From: Candidatus Buchananbacteria bacterium
GTDB lineage: Bacteria; Patescibacteriota; Patescibacteriia; 2-01-FULL-39-33
DNA length: 64,000 bases
Assembly: GCA_903888345.1 (NCBI GenBank)
Contig: CAISTG010000004.1
Span: 6,393-70,392 of the forward strand
Direction: 5' to 3'
The notes below the pieces were generated by a model. The model was given only the letters and a program-made list of their open reading frames with translations. It was not told the origin of the DNA and ran no database searches. The position numbers and the translations under genes are program-made. Of the stretch, positions 38,059-47,670 are shown piece after piece; within the stretch, counting starts at the first letter, position 1; every line of letters begins with the position of its first letter.

Positions 38059-39585
38059 ATGGAAATAATTTTAGCGGCAGTAGTAGCCCTCGTTACCTTT
38101 GCACTTGGCATGGGTGGCGGCTATTTGCTTAGAAAATCTTGGGCCCAAAAACGTAAAGATTCAGTTGAGGCTAGAATTGAAAAAGCCTTGATTGATGCCA
38201 AAGGCAAACAGAAAGAAATTTTATTGCAAGCGCAAGAAAAATCCTTGAAGGTTGTCGATGAAGCGAAGGTTGAAGCGCGACAAATTAAGCAGGAGGCTGA
38301 CGGGTTAAGAGCTAGTCTCGAGAAACGTGAGTCGTTATTTGATCAGAAGATTTTAGAGTTAGAAAATCAAAAAACTGACTTAGTCACTAAAGCCGAGCAA
38401 ATCACCAAGTCCAAAGAAGAAATTCAGAAAATTAAGGAAGATCAGTTGGCGAAGTTAGAGAAGATTGCCGCCTTAACCAAAGATGAGGCGCAGAAGGTGT
38501 TGATGGATAACGCCGAAAAAATGATTGCTGATAACTTAGTGCAACGCATTAAGAAGTTAGAAGAAGAAGCTTCTGACGAATTAGAAAAGAAATCTAAAGA
38601 AGTTTTGTCGATGGTGATCGAACGCTGCGCATCGAGCCATGCTGCCGAAACCACTTCCTCGACCGTTGATTTGCCCTCCGATGAAATGAAAGGCAGAATT
38701 ATTGGTCGTGAAGGCCGCAACATCAAGACGATTGAACAGTTAACGGGTGTCGAAATTATTATTGATGATACGCCTCAAGCAATTACGTTATCTTCTTTCT
38801 CACCAATCCGCCGTCAAGTTGCCAAGCGCACGATTGAGAAATTGATTTTTGATGGCCGTATTCATCCGGCTCGAATTGAAGAAACTATTAAGGAGGCTAA
38901 GCAAGAATTAGCTTTAGATATTAAGAAGGCCGGTGAGAATGCCGTTTACGAATTAGGTATTGCCGGACTCGATCCAAAGTTAGTACAGATCTTGGGCCGC
39001 TTAAAATATCGAACTTCCTATGGTCAAAATATTTTGAACCATTCCGTCGAAGTTTCGATTATCTCGGGAATGTTGGCTGAAGAATTGGGAGCCAATGTGG
39101 CTGTGGCCAAAAAAGGAGGCTTACTACATGATATTGGCAAAGCCGTTGATCACGAAGTTGCTGGTACCCATCCAGAAATTGGTCGTGATATTTGTAAAAA
39201 ATTCAATGTGCCGGAAGAAGTAATTATTCCAGTTTTTGAACATCATAATGATAAACCATCAACCTTAGAGGCGGTCATTGTCAAAGTAGCTGATGCTATT
39301 TCTGGTGCTCGCGAAGGTGCCCGTAAGGATTCTTATGAGAATTATTTAGCACGTTTAGAGGAGCTAGAAAAGATCGCTACCAGTTTTTCAGGCGTTGATA
39401 AGGTTTATGCGATTCAAGCCGGTCGCGAAGTTCGTGTTTTCGTTACTCCGGATGAAGTTGATGATTTGGGTGCCGTTAAGATGGCTAAAGACATTGCCGA
39501 AAAGATTGAGGCTGAGTTGAAATACCCAGGTGAAATCAAGGTCAATGTTATTCGCGAAAAACGTATTACTGAATACGCTAGATAA
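38059..39585 (+). CDS. rny: Ribonuclease Y
   Basis: TM helix, coiled coil, KH 'MKGRIIGREGRNI', HD 'LLHDIGK', 'YAIQAGREVRV'. Confidence 0.97.
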   Translation: MEIILAAVVALVTFALGMGGGYLLRKSWAQKRKDSVEARIEKALIDAKGKQKEILLQAQEKSLKVVDEAKVEARQIKQEADGLRASLEKRESLFDQKILELENQKTDLVTKAEQITKSKEEIQKIKEDQLAKLEKIAALTKDEAQKVLMDNAEKMIADNLVQRIKKLEEEASDELEKKSKEVLSMVIERCASSHAAETTSSTVDLPSDEMKGRIIGREGRNIKTIEQLTGVEIIIDDTPQAITLSSFSPIRRQVAKRTIEKLIFDGRIHPARIEETIKEAKQELALDIKKAGENAVYELGIAGLDPKLVQILGRLKYRTSYGQNILNHSVEVSIISGMLAEELGANVAVAKKGGLLHDIGKAVDHEVAGTHPEIGRDICKKFNVPEEVIIPVFEHHNDKPSTLEAVIVKVADAISGAREGARKDSYENYLARLEELEKIATSFSGVDKVYAIQAGREVRVFVTPDEVDDLGAVKMAKDIAEKIEAELKYPGEIKVNVIREKRITEYAR

Positions 39586-39609
39586 TATTTAATAACTAAA
39601 CATAAAAGT

Positions 39610-40167
39610 ATGGAGACTATTTTATATGTCATCCTAGCAATTATCGCTGTTGTTATCATTTGGTTAGTCATGATTTATAACGGCTTAATTACTTTAAAAA
39701 ATCGTACGGATGAAGCGTGGTCCGATATTGATGTTCAATTAAAACGCCGTTACGATTTAATTCCTAATCTAGTCGAAACCGTCAAAGGTTACGCTACTCA
39801 TGAACAGGGAACTTTAGAAAAAGTCATCGAAGCCAGAAACTCAGCCATGGCGCAATCTGGTCACGATGCTTCTAAGGCTGAAGCGGAAAATCAATTATCT
39901 TCAACCTTAAAATCCATTTTTGCTTTAAGCGAAAACTACCCGGATTTGAAGGCTAATCAGAATTTTATGAAGTTGCAGGATGAGCTCTCAGACACTGAGA
40001 ATAAGATCCAAGCGGCCAGAAGATTCTACAATGGCAATGTTCGTGACTTCAATACTAAGATCGAAGTCTTCCCGAATAACACTATTAACAATTTATTGAA
40101 ATTCAAGAAGTATGATTTCTTTGAAGCGGCTGCCGCGGAAAAAGAAAACGTACAGGTAAAATTCTAA
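39610..40167 (+). CDS. lemA: LemA family protein
   Basis: 'AWSDIDVQLKRRYDLIPNLVETVKGY', 'ENYPDLKAN', 'ARRFYN'. Confidence 0.96.
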   Translation: METILYVILAIIAVVIIWLVMIYNGLITLKNRTDEAWSDIDVQLKRRYDLIPNLVETVKGYATHEQGTLEKVIEARNSAMAQSGHDASKAEAENQLSSTLKSIFALSENYPDLKANQNFMKLQDELSDTENKIQAARRFYNGNVRDFNTKIEVFPNNTINNLLKFKKYDFFEAAAAEKENVQVKF

Positions 40168-40443
40168 AACTACCGATAGTTAAAAAGCAATCCGCTTTGG
40201 CGGGTTGCTTTTTTGATTCTCTTAAAGACGTTGGTTAATTTAGGTAGCTAATAGTTCATCTAAATTTAGGCTAAATATTGGTTAATATCTAATTTTAGAG
40301 ATAATACAATTGACAAAATAGATATTATATGTTAATATATTATATTGGTAAACTATCATTTCGATAGAGCCATTGGGTACCTTTTCAACTATTGATCCTG
40401 ACTGATTGATTTCGGTTACGGGGAGATAGAAAGGACGGAAAAC

Positions 40444-41124
40444 ATGTCGACAAAGAAGAGCCTCAGTTGGAAGGAAGCGGGTCGGAATGTGGCAGCGCTG
40501 GTAGCGTTGTTTACCTTGGCCAGCCGGGTCTTGAAAAAGATTAAAGTCGGTCCGGAGATCATTGATTGGTTGACGGGCTCCGGTAAGGATTTATTCAGCC
40601 AGAAGCTGATTGAACTGGGTACTGAGTTTCAGCTCCAAGCCCCTATTTTGCGGGCCGAAATCGATACAAACATTGATCCGCGTTTGCCCATTGGTGGGGC
40701 GACAATCGATACACATCGGCGCCAGGGAAGGGTGGTGATCGAAAAGCGGGTTGATGGCTTGTATGTAGATGGACATAAGGTCGTTTTGTATCGATCGCCC
40801 AGGCAAATGTACGGCAACAAAATCAATGGCCGTGAATTACGTATTGAATTGGATGGTCAGACCCATGATCGATCAGCACTTTCAGCGAATGTTGCCGACT
40901 TCCTATTTGCTAACCAAGAGTATCTGCCGGAAGATTGGAAGAAGAAAGATGAAAACGATAAAACCATTTTTATCTTGTTTTGGGGCACCATCTATCGACG
41001 CTTTGATCGCAGTCCCTGCATTCGAACTCTGTGTTGGTGTGATGGTCAGTGTCATGAGAATTGTTACTGGCTCGGCCTTGATTGTTACTCCAACTTTTAT
41101 TCAGCAGTGCTCGAAAATAAGTAG
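40444..41124 (+). CDS. Hypothetical protein with DGR-target-like (CLec-like) C-terminus (accessory unit)
   Basis: 'PEDWK...ILFWGTIYR...IRTLCW...WL' tail; own promoter TTGACA at 40310 and SD AAGGA; sits between lemA and htpX. Confidence 0.65.
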   Translation: MSTKKSLSWKEAGRNVAALVALFTLASRVLKKIKVGPEIIDWLTGSGKDLFSQKLIELGTEFQLQAPILRAEIDTNIDPRLPIGGATIDTHRRQGRVVIEKRVDGLYVDGHKVVLYRSPRQMYGNKINGRELRIELDGQTHDRSALSANVADFLFANQEYLPEDWKKKDENDKTIFILFWGTIYRRFDRSPCIRTLCWCDGQCHENCYWLGLDCYSNFYSAVLENK

Positions 41125-41238
41125 TTAGTCTGTTCTTTAATCTTTACCCGCGTTGGCCTCTGGCTGACGCGGTCTTTTATTTTCAGTAAATTGCTAATTA
41201 TATTGATATTTGCTAAAATTACGGTATAAAATATCTAT

Positions 41239-42126
41239 ATGTATAATGAAATTGCTTCCAATAAACGCCGGACATGGCTGTTAATCGCTATTTTTACTGC
41301 CGTTATTCTGGCTATTGGCTGGTTTGCTGGCTATTATTTTGATTATGGCTATGGCGCTGTTGGTGTGGCTTTGGTATTTTCTTTGGTCATGACCGCGTTT
41401 AGCTATTATGGTGGCGACAAGGTAGCCTTAATGTCTTCGGGAGCCCAAGAAATTCAGCATGACGATAATGAAGCGCTATTCCATGTGGTGGAAAATTTAT
41501 GTATTGCCGATGGTCTACCGATGCCCAAAATTTATCTATTGCCAGAAGAGGCGATCAATGCGTTCGCAACTGGTCGCGATCCGCAGCATGCTTCTATTGC
41601 TGTGACTGTTGGAGCGCTAAAAAAATTAAACAATGAAGAATTAGAGGGTGTAATTGCTCATGAATTATCACATGTCAAAAATTATGACATTAGATTAATG
41701 ATGGTAGTAGTGGTTTTGGTGGGCATGATTTCTATTTTGGCTAATATATTTTTTCGTGGCGCGATGTTTGGGGGTGGCAAGCGTGACAGCGAAGATCGTG
41801 GTGGCGGAATTTTGATGATTGTAGGAATTGTGTTAATTATTTTATCACCGATCATTGCTCAGTTAATCCAGTTAGCGATTTCTCGCCGTCGGGAATATTT
41901 AGCTGATGCTTCAGGCGCTTTATTAACGCGTTATCCGGATGGCCTGGCCAATGCGCTCGAAAAGATTAATACCGATGCAGCTGTTATTAATTCAGCCTCA
42001 TCGGCCACGGCCCATCTCTATATTGCCAATCCATTTAAAGGATCGGGCAAAATGTTTGCTAATGCTTTTTCGACTCATCCGCCGATTGAAGATCGAGTTA
42101 AGAGGCTAAGAGGAATGATCATTTAG
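41239..42126 (+). CDS. htpX: HtpX zinc metalloprotease (M48)
   Basis: 'NAFATG', 'AHELSH', 'SRRREYLAD', 'STHPP'. Confidence 0.96.
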   Translation: MYNEIASNKRRTWLLIAIFTAVILAIGWFAGYYFDYGYGAVGVALVFSLVMTAFSYYGGDKVALMSSGAQEIQHDDNEALFHVVENLCIADGLPMPKIYLLPEEAINAFATGRDPQHASIAVTVGALKKLNNEELEGVIAHELSHVKNYDIRLMMVVVVLVGMISILANIFFRGAMFGGGKRDSEDRGGGILMIVGIVLIILSPIIAQLIQLAISRRREYLADASGALLTRYPDGLANALEKINTDAAVINSASSATAHLYIANPFKGSGKMFANAFSTHPPIEDRVKRLRGMII

Positions 42127-42128
42127 AA

Positions 42129-42556
42129 AATTACGAATTCAAAATTACGAATTACGAATTTTATATAATTTAGCACATGAAGGAAAATAATATTATTTTG
42201 AAAAAATCTTTTGATTTTTCATTAAGAATAATTAAATTATATAAATTTCTAAGAAGTAAGAAAGAATTTATAATTTCTAACCAGTTATTGGGGTCTGGAA
42301 CATCAATAGGCGCAAATATTGAGGAGGCAGTTGGCGGAGTATCCAAAAAAGATTTTTTGAATAAAATAACTATTGCTTATAAGGAGGCTAGGGAAACGAG
42401 TTATTGGATAAAATTGTTGGGAGCTAGTGGCTATTTAGATGCTATTCAATCTCAGTCTATTTTAATGGATTGCGAGGAACTCCTTCGTATACTAGGCAAG
42501 ATTCAAATTTCAAGCAAAACTGATAATCCGTAATTCGTAATTTTTAATTCGTAATT
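42129..42556. mobile_element. Four-helix-bundle gene bracketed by 32-bp imperfect inverted repeats
   Basis: 42129-42160 and 42525-42556 match at 30/32 as reverse complements; built from ATTACGA units. Confidence 0.6.
42177..42533 (+). CDS. Four-helix-bundle protein (23S rRNA IVS protein / Avd-like family)
   Basis: 'KSFDFSLRIIKLY', 'QLLGSGTSIGANIEEA', 'KEARETSYWI'. Confidence 0.93.
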   Translation: MKENNIILKKSFDFSLRIIKLYKFLRSKKEFIISNQLLGSGTSIGANIEEAVGGVSKKDFLNKITIAYKEARETSYWIKLLGASGYLDAIQSQSILMDCEELLRILGKIQISSKTDNP

Positions 42557-42565
42557 AATCTAGCT

Positions 42566-43381
42566 ATGTTAAAGATTTTATTTATACCCGATATTGTCGG
42601 AAAAATTGGACGTAATGCGGTGCGTCAAGAATTACCGAAGCTGCGAAAAAAATATCAGCCTGATGTAGTGATTTTAAACGCCGAAAATTCGGCGCATGGT
42701 ATTGGCGCGACCCAAAAAATTATTGATGAACTCAAAGAATTAAAAATTGACGTGTTTACTTCTGGCAATCATATTTGGGATAAGGGCGGATCGGATGAAA
42801 TGTTGGATAATCCCGAAAATCGTTTGATTCGTCCCGCTAATTACCCATCAAAAAAAGCGGGCGTTGGCGTGCTGCAATTGAATATTGGCGAAATTAAGCT
42901 AAATGTGGTAAACTTACAGGGTAGGGTATTTCATGATTGGAATAAGGAAGATTCAGAACACTTACATGATCCTTTTAAAACATTAGAAAAGATTATTGCC
43001 AGTGATCGCCAAGGCCTTTATTTTGTTGATTTTCATGCTGACGCTACCTCAGAAAAAGCGGCTTTAGCGACTTACTTTGATGGCCAGGTGCAGGCGGTTT
43101 GTGGTACACATACACACATCCAAACGGCTGATGATCGAATTTTGGCTCGCGGCACTGCCTTTATTACTGATGCGGGATCGGTGATGTATGCCGACTCGAT
43201 AATTGGCGCCGCGAAGGAGCAGGTTTGGAATTTATTTTTCAAAATTGGCCAAACATCCAAGAAGCATGATTTACCAGCAACTGGAAAAGCGGTTTTTAAT
43301 GCAATTTACCTTGAGCTTGACGTAAAAGAAAGAAAAGCCAAAAAAATTGAAAGAATCAATAAGATTATTGAAGTTAAATAA
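42566..43381 (+). CDS. ymdB: YmdB-like metallophosphoesterase
   Basis: 'DIVGKIGR', 'NAENSAHG', 'TSGNHIWD', 'RPANYP', 'DFHA', 'GTHTHIQT'. Confidence 0.92.
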   Translation: MLKILFIPDIVGKIGRNAVRQELPKLRKKYQPDVVILNAENSAHGIGATQKIIDELKELKIDVFTSGNHIWDKGGSDEMLDNPENRLIRPANYPSKKAGVGVLQLNIGEIKLNVVNLQGRVFHDWNKEDSEHLHDPFKTLEKIIASDRQGLYFVDFHADATSEKAALATYFDGQVQAVCGTHTHIQTADDRILARGTAFITDAGSVMYADSIIGAAKEQVWNLFFKIGQTSKKHDLPATGKAVFNAIYLELDVKERKAKKIERINKIIEVK

Positions 43382-43507
43382 AATAATTAATTCCTGACGT
43401 TATTTTAGTATTTACGGGAGTCTAGTAATTGTAGACGGTTTCTAGATTACCGATATCCGCCGCGGCGGATTCTGGAATGACGTTAAAGGATAAAGTCTAA
43501 TAAAAAT

Positions 43508-43849
43508 ATGAACAAAACAGAACTCGCGCAAAAAGTTTCCGACAAAGTCGGTATCACCAAAGCGCAAGCCGAAGCTTCGCTAGAAGCTTTCACTGAGATC
43601 GCTACCGGCGAAATGAAAGCGGGCGGCGAAGTGGTCTTAACTGGGTTTGGCACTTTTTCGGCCAGAGCTCGTAAGGGACGTGAAGGCATTAATCCTCGCA
43701 ACCCTTCACAAAAGATTGCGATTCCGACCGTTGTTGTGGCTAAATTCAAAGCAGGTAAAAATTTGAAAGATGCTTTGAAGGGTAAGACGCACGCGCCAAA
43801 AGCGGAAGCTCCGGTCGCGGCTGTGGAAGCCGAACCAGTTGTTGAATAA
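43508..43849 (+). CDS. hup: HU family DNA-binding protein
   Basis: 'MNKTEL', 'GFGTF', 'R.GINPRN', 'FKAGKNLKD'. Confidence 0.95.
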   Translation: MNKTELAQKVSDKVGITKAQAEASLEAFTEIATGEMKAGGEVVLTGFGTFSARARKGREGINPRNPSQKIAIPTVVVAKFKAGKNLKDALKGKTHAPKAEAPVAAVEAEPVVE

Positions 43850-43946
43850 AATTTGTTGGCTCATAAAAAACTCGGCTTTGCTTCCGAGTTTTTTTATTTT
43901 TTAAAATATTATGTTATAATTAATTATATCGTTAAAATAATTTGGT

Positions 43947-44246
43947 ATGCCAAAGAAAGTTTTAATGACCGCCGTTAAAGCGAAGCCGAAAGTTAAACGT
44001 AAAGTTAAGTCGCTTAAAGCAAAAACAAGCGGTGCGGTTAAAAAACCAAAACATAATCATAAAAAACCAGGCGCTAATCACGTTAAATCTTTTTATCGAC
44101 CGAAATCAATGTCGCGCGCTCTGTATGATTTAGAAGAGGAGTTAGAATCAGAGCTATGTCATATCGTTTGGATACCGCTGGCCTTGGGATTGGCTTGCAC
44201 TGCCATTGGTCTAAATTTGATGTTAGCCATTGCTTATAGCCGTTAG
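43947..44246 (+). CDS. Lys-rich hypothetical protein with C-terminal TM helix
   Basis: ORF behind TGTTATAAT; followed by a terminator. Confidence 0.55.
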   Translation: MPKKVLMTAVKAKPKVKRKVKSLKAKTSGAVKKPKHNHKKPGANHVKSFYRPKSMSRALYDLEEELESELCHIVWIPLALGLACTAIGLNLMLAIAYSR

Positions 44247-44313
44247 TTGTTTATTTAAAATTCAAAAAACGTCCGACCTTAGGTTATTTTGGTCGGGCGT
44301 TTTATATTTAACA

Positions 44314-45879
44314 TTAGAGTTGCTTTAACATGTAAGTGCCGGTCAGACGGTAGCCAGATTTCTGGTAGTACTGGCGGACGCCAATACCTGAGATGATGGC
44401 TATTTTTTTTAGTTTATTTTTTTGCGCAATTTTTTCAGCTTCAAGTAGTAATTTTTTACCTAGACCCAAATGCTGTACTTCACCAGAAGTTCCGATTTCA
44501 GCTAGTTGACCGTAAGTGTGAAGTTCACGGATGAGGGCAGAATCAATTAATTCGGTTAGGGGAGCTTTGGCTGGTTCAGCCGGCAGACGTAAGCGCAGAA
44601 AGGCATAGAGAACTTTTTGATCAGGAGACTCAAAGGATAAAAAGTATTCAGTGCCACCATTACTTTGATATTTACGGGTAATCAATTTTAATTTTTCGGT
44701 TTGAGTTGGTTGGTGGCCCGCTTCACGGCAGCGGATACACTGACAACTCCAACCATCAAGTTTAGCTTGTTGTTGCAGGAGTTGGCGTAGGTTAGTAATT
44801 TTATTTCCGGCGATAATTGATTCTTCCGGAATATCCCGTATTAAACGAGTGATGCGCACCCAGGGCGGCGTCATCTTTTTTATTTTGATTAACAAAGTTA
44901 ATAATTGCTTATCGGTATAGGGTTTGTATTTGCCTTGCTTATAGAGTTTATTTAAATCGGCGAATTCATTGACAACACAAGGATAGATTTTAATCATGTC
45001 TGGCATGTAATTGCCATCAGTAAAGATTTTTTTGAACATGGCCAAATCTTTAGCGGGAGTTGAGCCATACATATTGGGCATCAAATGTAGATTGAGTTTG
45101 AAGCCAGCGTCCTTAAGTAATTTAATGGCAGCAATACTTTGAGCGGCGGTGTGGCCGCGACGATTTATTTTTAAAACTTGATCATCGGTATGTTGAATGC
45201 CCAACTCGACACGCGTACAACCGAAATTTCGCAGGCGTTTGACTTCAGTTTGATCAATATAGTCGGGTCGAGTTTCTAAAGTTAAGCCGATACAACGATG
45301 TTTGGCGGTTTCATTTTTCTTTTGGGCTTCAGTTAAAGTTTTAGCGGACTTACCATTGAGAGCCTCGAGGCAACGCTTAATGAACCAATTTTGGTATTGG
45401 TGGGCGTGGTAGGACCAAGTTCCGCCCATCACGATTAATTCTACTTTATCGGTGGTGTGACCATTAGCTTCTAAGGCTTTAAGGCGCATCGTTACCTGAC
45501 GGAAGGGGTCAAAGTCGTTTAAAATGGCGCGCATGACGGCCGGTTCGTTGCTGAGGTAAGATTTGGGCATGTTCTTTTCGGTCGGACAGAAAAGGCAGTT
45601 TCCGGGGCAGTCTTGGGGTTTGGTGAGAACAGAAATGACGGCGACGCCCGATAATGTTCGCACGGCACGCTTCGTTAGTAATCGTTCAAGATTTTTGTTC
45701 ACTTTGATTTTCTTGTCTTTCACGAGCCGGCGGTATTGTTCTAGCAGTTCCGATTTTTGTGGTGGTGGCAATTTCAGTTTGCCAGCCGCTTTTCGCGCCA
45801 AATTAAAAAGTTCCTTCTCGGAAGTAGGATTGGCTTGACTTAACTCTAAAGCGATGGATTTTAGTTTGTTGATGGCCAT
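44314..45879 (-). CDS. elp3: Elp3 tRNA U34 carboxymethyltransferase (radical SAM + KAT)
   Basis: 'RTLSGVA', 'CPGNCLFCP', 'PKSY', 'MGGT', 'ETRPD', 'RVELGIQ', 'KIYP', 'IRELHTYG', 'QHLGLG', 'ISGIGVRQYY'. Confidence 0.93.
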   Translation of the reverse strand: MAINKLKSIALELSQANPTSEKELFNLARKAAGKLKLPPPQKSELLEQYRRLVKDKKIKVNKNLERLLTKRAVRTLSGVAVISVLTKPQDCPGNCLFCPTEKNMPKSYLSNEPAVMRAILNDFDPFRQVTMRLKALEANGHTTDKVELIVMGGTWSYHAHQYQNWFIKRCLEALNGKSAKTLTEAQKKNETAKHRCIGLTLETRPDYIDQTEVKRLRNFGCTRVELGIQHTDDQVLKINRRGHTAAQSIAAIKLLKDAGFKLNLHLMPNMYGSTPAKDLAMFKKIFTDGNYMPDMIKIYPCVVNEFADLNKLYKQGKYKPYTDKQLLTLLIKIKKMTPPWVRITRLIRDIPEESIIAGNKITNLRQLLQQQAKLDGWSCQCIRCREAGHQPTQTEKLKLITRKYQSNGGTEYFLSFESPDQKVLYAFLRLRLPAEPAKAPLTELIDSALIRELHTYGQLAEIGTSGEVQHLGLGKKLLLEAEKIAQKNKLKKIAIISGIGVRQYYQKSGYRLTGTYMLKQL

Positions 45880-46023
45880 AATGATTAAAATATAGTATAG
45901 CACTTATAGGCGAAAATATCAATGGTCGTCGATCATTGACAAATTATAGCTATCGGGTATAATATCCTATCAGTCTATTGTTACTGAGAAGTACATTTAA
46001 ACCAAACCAGAGGAGAATTCATC

Positions 46024-46647
46024 ATGACTGAGTCGATGCGGCAAAATCCGAATGCCAGCGAGTTTCCAATGTGTACTGCTCGACCGATTGAGGAGCCACA
46101 GGGACAAGTATATTTTGATCAGTTTTGTCAGTCGATGCCGACCTGGAAGAGAATTCGACCTAATCGACGGCTTGAGCTGATGGGAGAGTTCCGGCGTGCG
46201 CTTCAATCAAGACACATGCCGATTGGTGATTTGGCCAATCGGGTTATTGAAGCTAACGGCTTGAACCTGGAAGTACCCGCGGGCATTAAACGGGTGAAAT
46301 TTATTAAGACTACACTGAAAGAAATGACCGGGAAAGATGAAGCGGATTACTTCGAAATCTATTCTCACTTCATTGGTCTCCAAAATTTCCCGCTGGCCGT
46401 TTGGTTGAATTTGCGCCTACAGTATCTGGACCAACCGCATAATGAGTGCCTTTACACTTTGTCGCGTTATGAAGCTATCAATGTTGATGGCCGAACTATC
46501 GATTGTGTTTTGGCAATCGATAATGATCCTTCGATTGGTAAGTGGCTTTATGGTCGGTCGATCGGTTATTTTGCGGCTCCCACGGTATTTTCCGGCGACT
46601 CGCTTTGGTTGATACCAAGTGTGCCAATGCCAAAACTGGCAACCTAA
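46024..46647 (+). CDS. Hypothetical protein with 'LRLQYLDQP' DGR-target-like C-terminal domain (accessory unit)
   Basis: Promoter TTGACA(45936)-16-TATAAT; SD GAGGAG. Confidence 0.6.
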   Translation: MTESMRQNPNASEFPMCTARPIEEPQGQVYFDQFCQSMPTWKRIRPNRRLELMGEFRRALQSRHMPIGDLANRVIEANGLNLEVPAGIKRVKFIKTTLKEMTGKDEADYFEIYSHFIGLQNFPLAVWLNLRLQYLDQPHNECLYTLSRYEAINVDGRTIDCVLAIDNDPSIGKWLYGRSIGYFAAPTVFSGDSLWLIPSVPMPKLAT

Positions 46648-46662
46648 GAAAGGGTTAATGAT

Positions 46663-46839
46663 ATGTCGGAAAGTGAGGCGGAAAGAAAGGAAAGATTGGC
46701 TCGGGAGTATGCAAAAGTGGCCGTCACTCAGACGCCACAAGAAAGACGTGAGTTCGAGCGGGCGCAAGCAAAAAAAGAGGAATTGGATGATTTGGCTAAT
46801 TATGGAACGCCCGTTGATGCTTTTCTGAAAGATAGTTAA
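46663..46839 (+). CDS. 58 aa charged helical protein (below the ORF track cutoff)
   Basis: MSESEAERKERLAREY...FLKDS; SD-like GAAAGGG; followed by a terminator. Confidence 0.55.
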   Translation: MSESEAERKERLAREYAKVAVTQTPQERREFERAQAKKEELDDLANYGTPVDAFLKDS

Positions 46840-46923
46840 TTGTACATTTCACCCGCTAGAGCGTATTGCGCTGGCGGGTTTTTTATTTGATAATTATTAA
46901 AAATATGCTAAAGTAAAGCCAAT

Positions 46924-47658
46924 ATGAAACCAAAAACTCAAAAAATATTAGACCAAGTCCAGAATATATATAATCAAATTTCGCGCGGTTTTTCCGATAC
47001 CCGTGGTAAATCTTGGCAAGGGTTTGGTGATTTTAATAAGTACACTAAGAATGGTGATAGTGTTTTAGATTTGGGTTGCGGTAACGGCCGGATGGCAGAT
47101 ATTTTTAATGAGCAGGCGATTGATTATTTGGGTATTGATAATTCATCTGAACTTATTAAGTTGGCGCAAGCTCGATTTACTAATCAATCCAACTACAGAT
47201 TTGAAGTTGGTGATGCTCTGACCTTTAGCTATCAGGAAAAATTCAATTTAGTTTTAATGATCGCCGTTTTGCATCATGTTCCGACTAGAGAATTGCGATT
47301 GCGAGTTTTAAAAAATACTTATAATTCCTTAAAGCCAGGCGGTCGCTTAGTAATTAGCAATTGGAATTTGTGGCAGGTGATTGGCGGTCGGAAACGTTTT
47401 AGATATTACCGCTACATCTTTGATTATGCCGAGAAATTAAAGCGGGGAGTTTGGCAGTTATCCGATGCTTTTGTGCCGTGGAAACCATTAGCTGGAGATA
47501 ATCTGCGCTATGTCCACTCCTTTAAGCGCGGTGAATTAGCCGGACTATTAAAAACGGCAGGATTTGTGATCGAGAAAATTAATTTTGAAACTAAAAATGG
47601 CGAACTGTCAGATATTTGGCACGGTGATAATTTGTTGGCGGTAGCTATCAAAAAATGA
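46924..47658 (+). CDS. Trm9/ALKBH8-like SAM methyltransferase
   Basis: 'YNQISRGFSDTR..SW', 'LDLGCGNGR', 'IAVLHHVPT...R', 'LKPGG', 'DAFVPWK', 'RYVHSF..GEL'. Confidence 0.75.
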   Translation: MKPKTQKILDQVQNIYNQISRGFSDTRGKSWQGFGDFNKYTKNGDSVLDLGCGNGRMADIFNEQAIDYLGIDNSSELIKLAQARFTNQSNYRFEVGDALTFSYQEKFNLVLMIAVLHHVPTRELRLRVLKNTYNSLKPGGRLVISNWNLWQVIGGRKRFRYYRYIFDYAEKLKRGVWQLSDAFVPWKPLAGDNLRYVHSFKRGELAGLLKTAGFVIEKINFETKNGELSDIWHGDNLLAVAIKK

Positions 47659-47670
47659 TAAACTATAATT

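Noticed and set aside
40444-42533. Complete DGR locus (target plus Avd-like gene)
   Set aside because: No reverse transcriptase or template repeat seen; the four-helix-bundle gene has its own inverted repeats and is separated from the target-like gene by htpX
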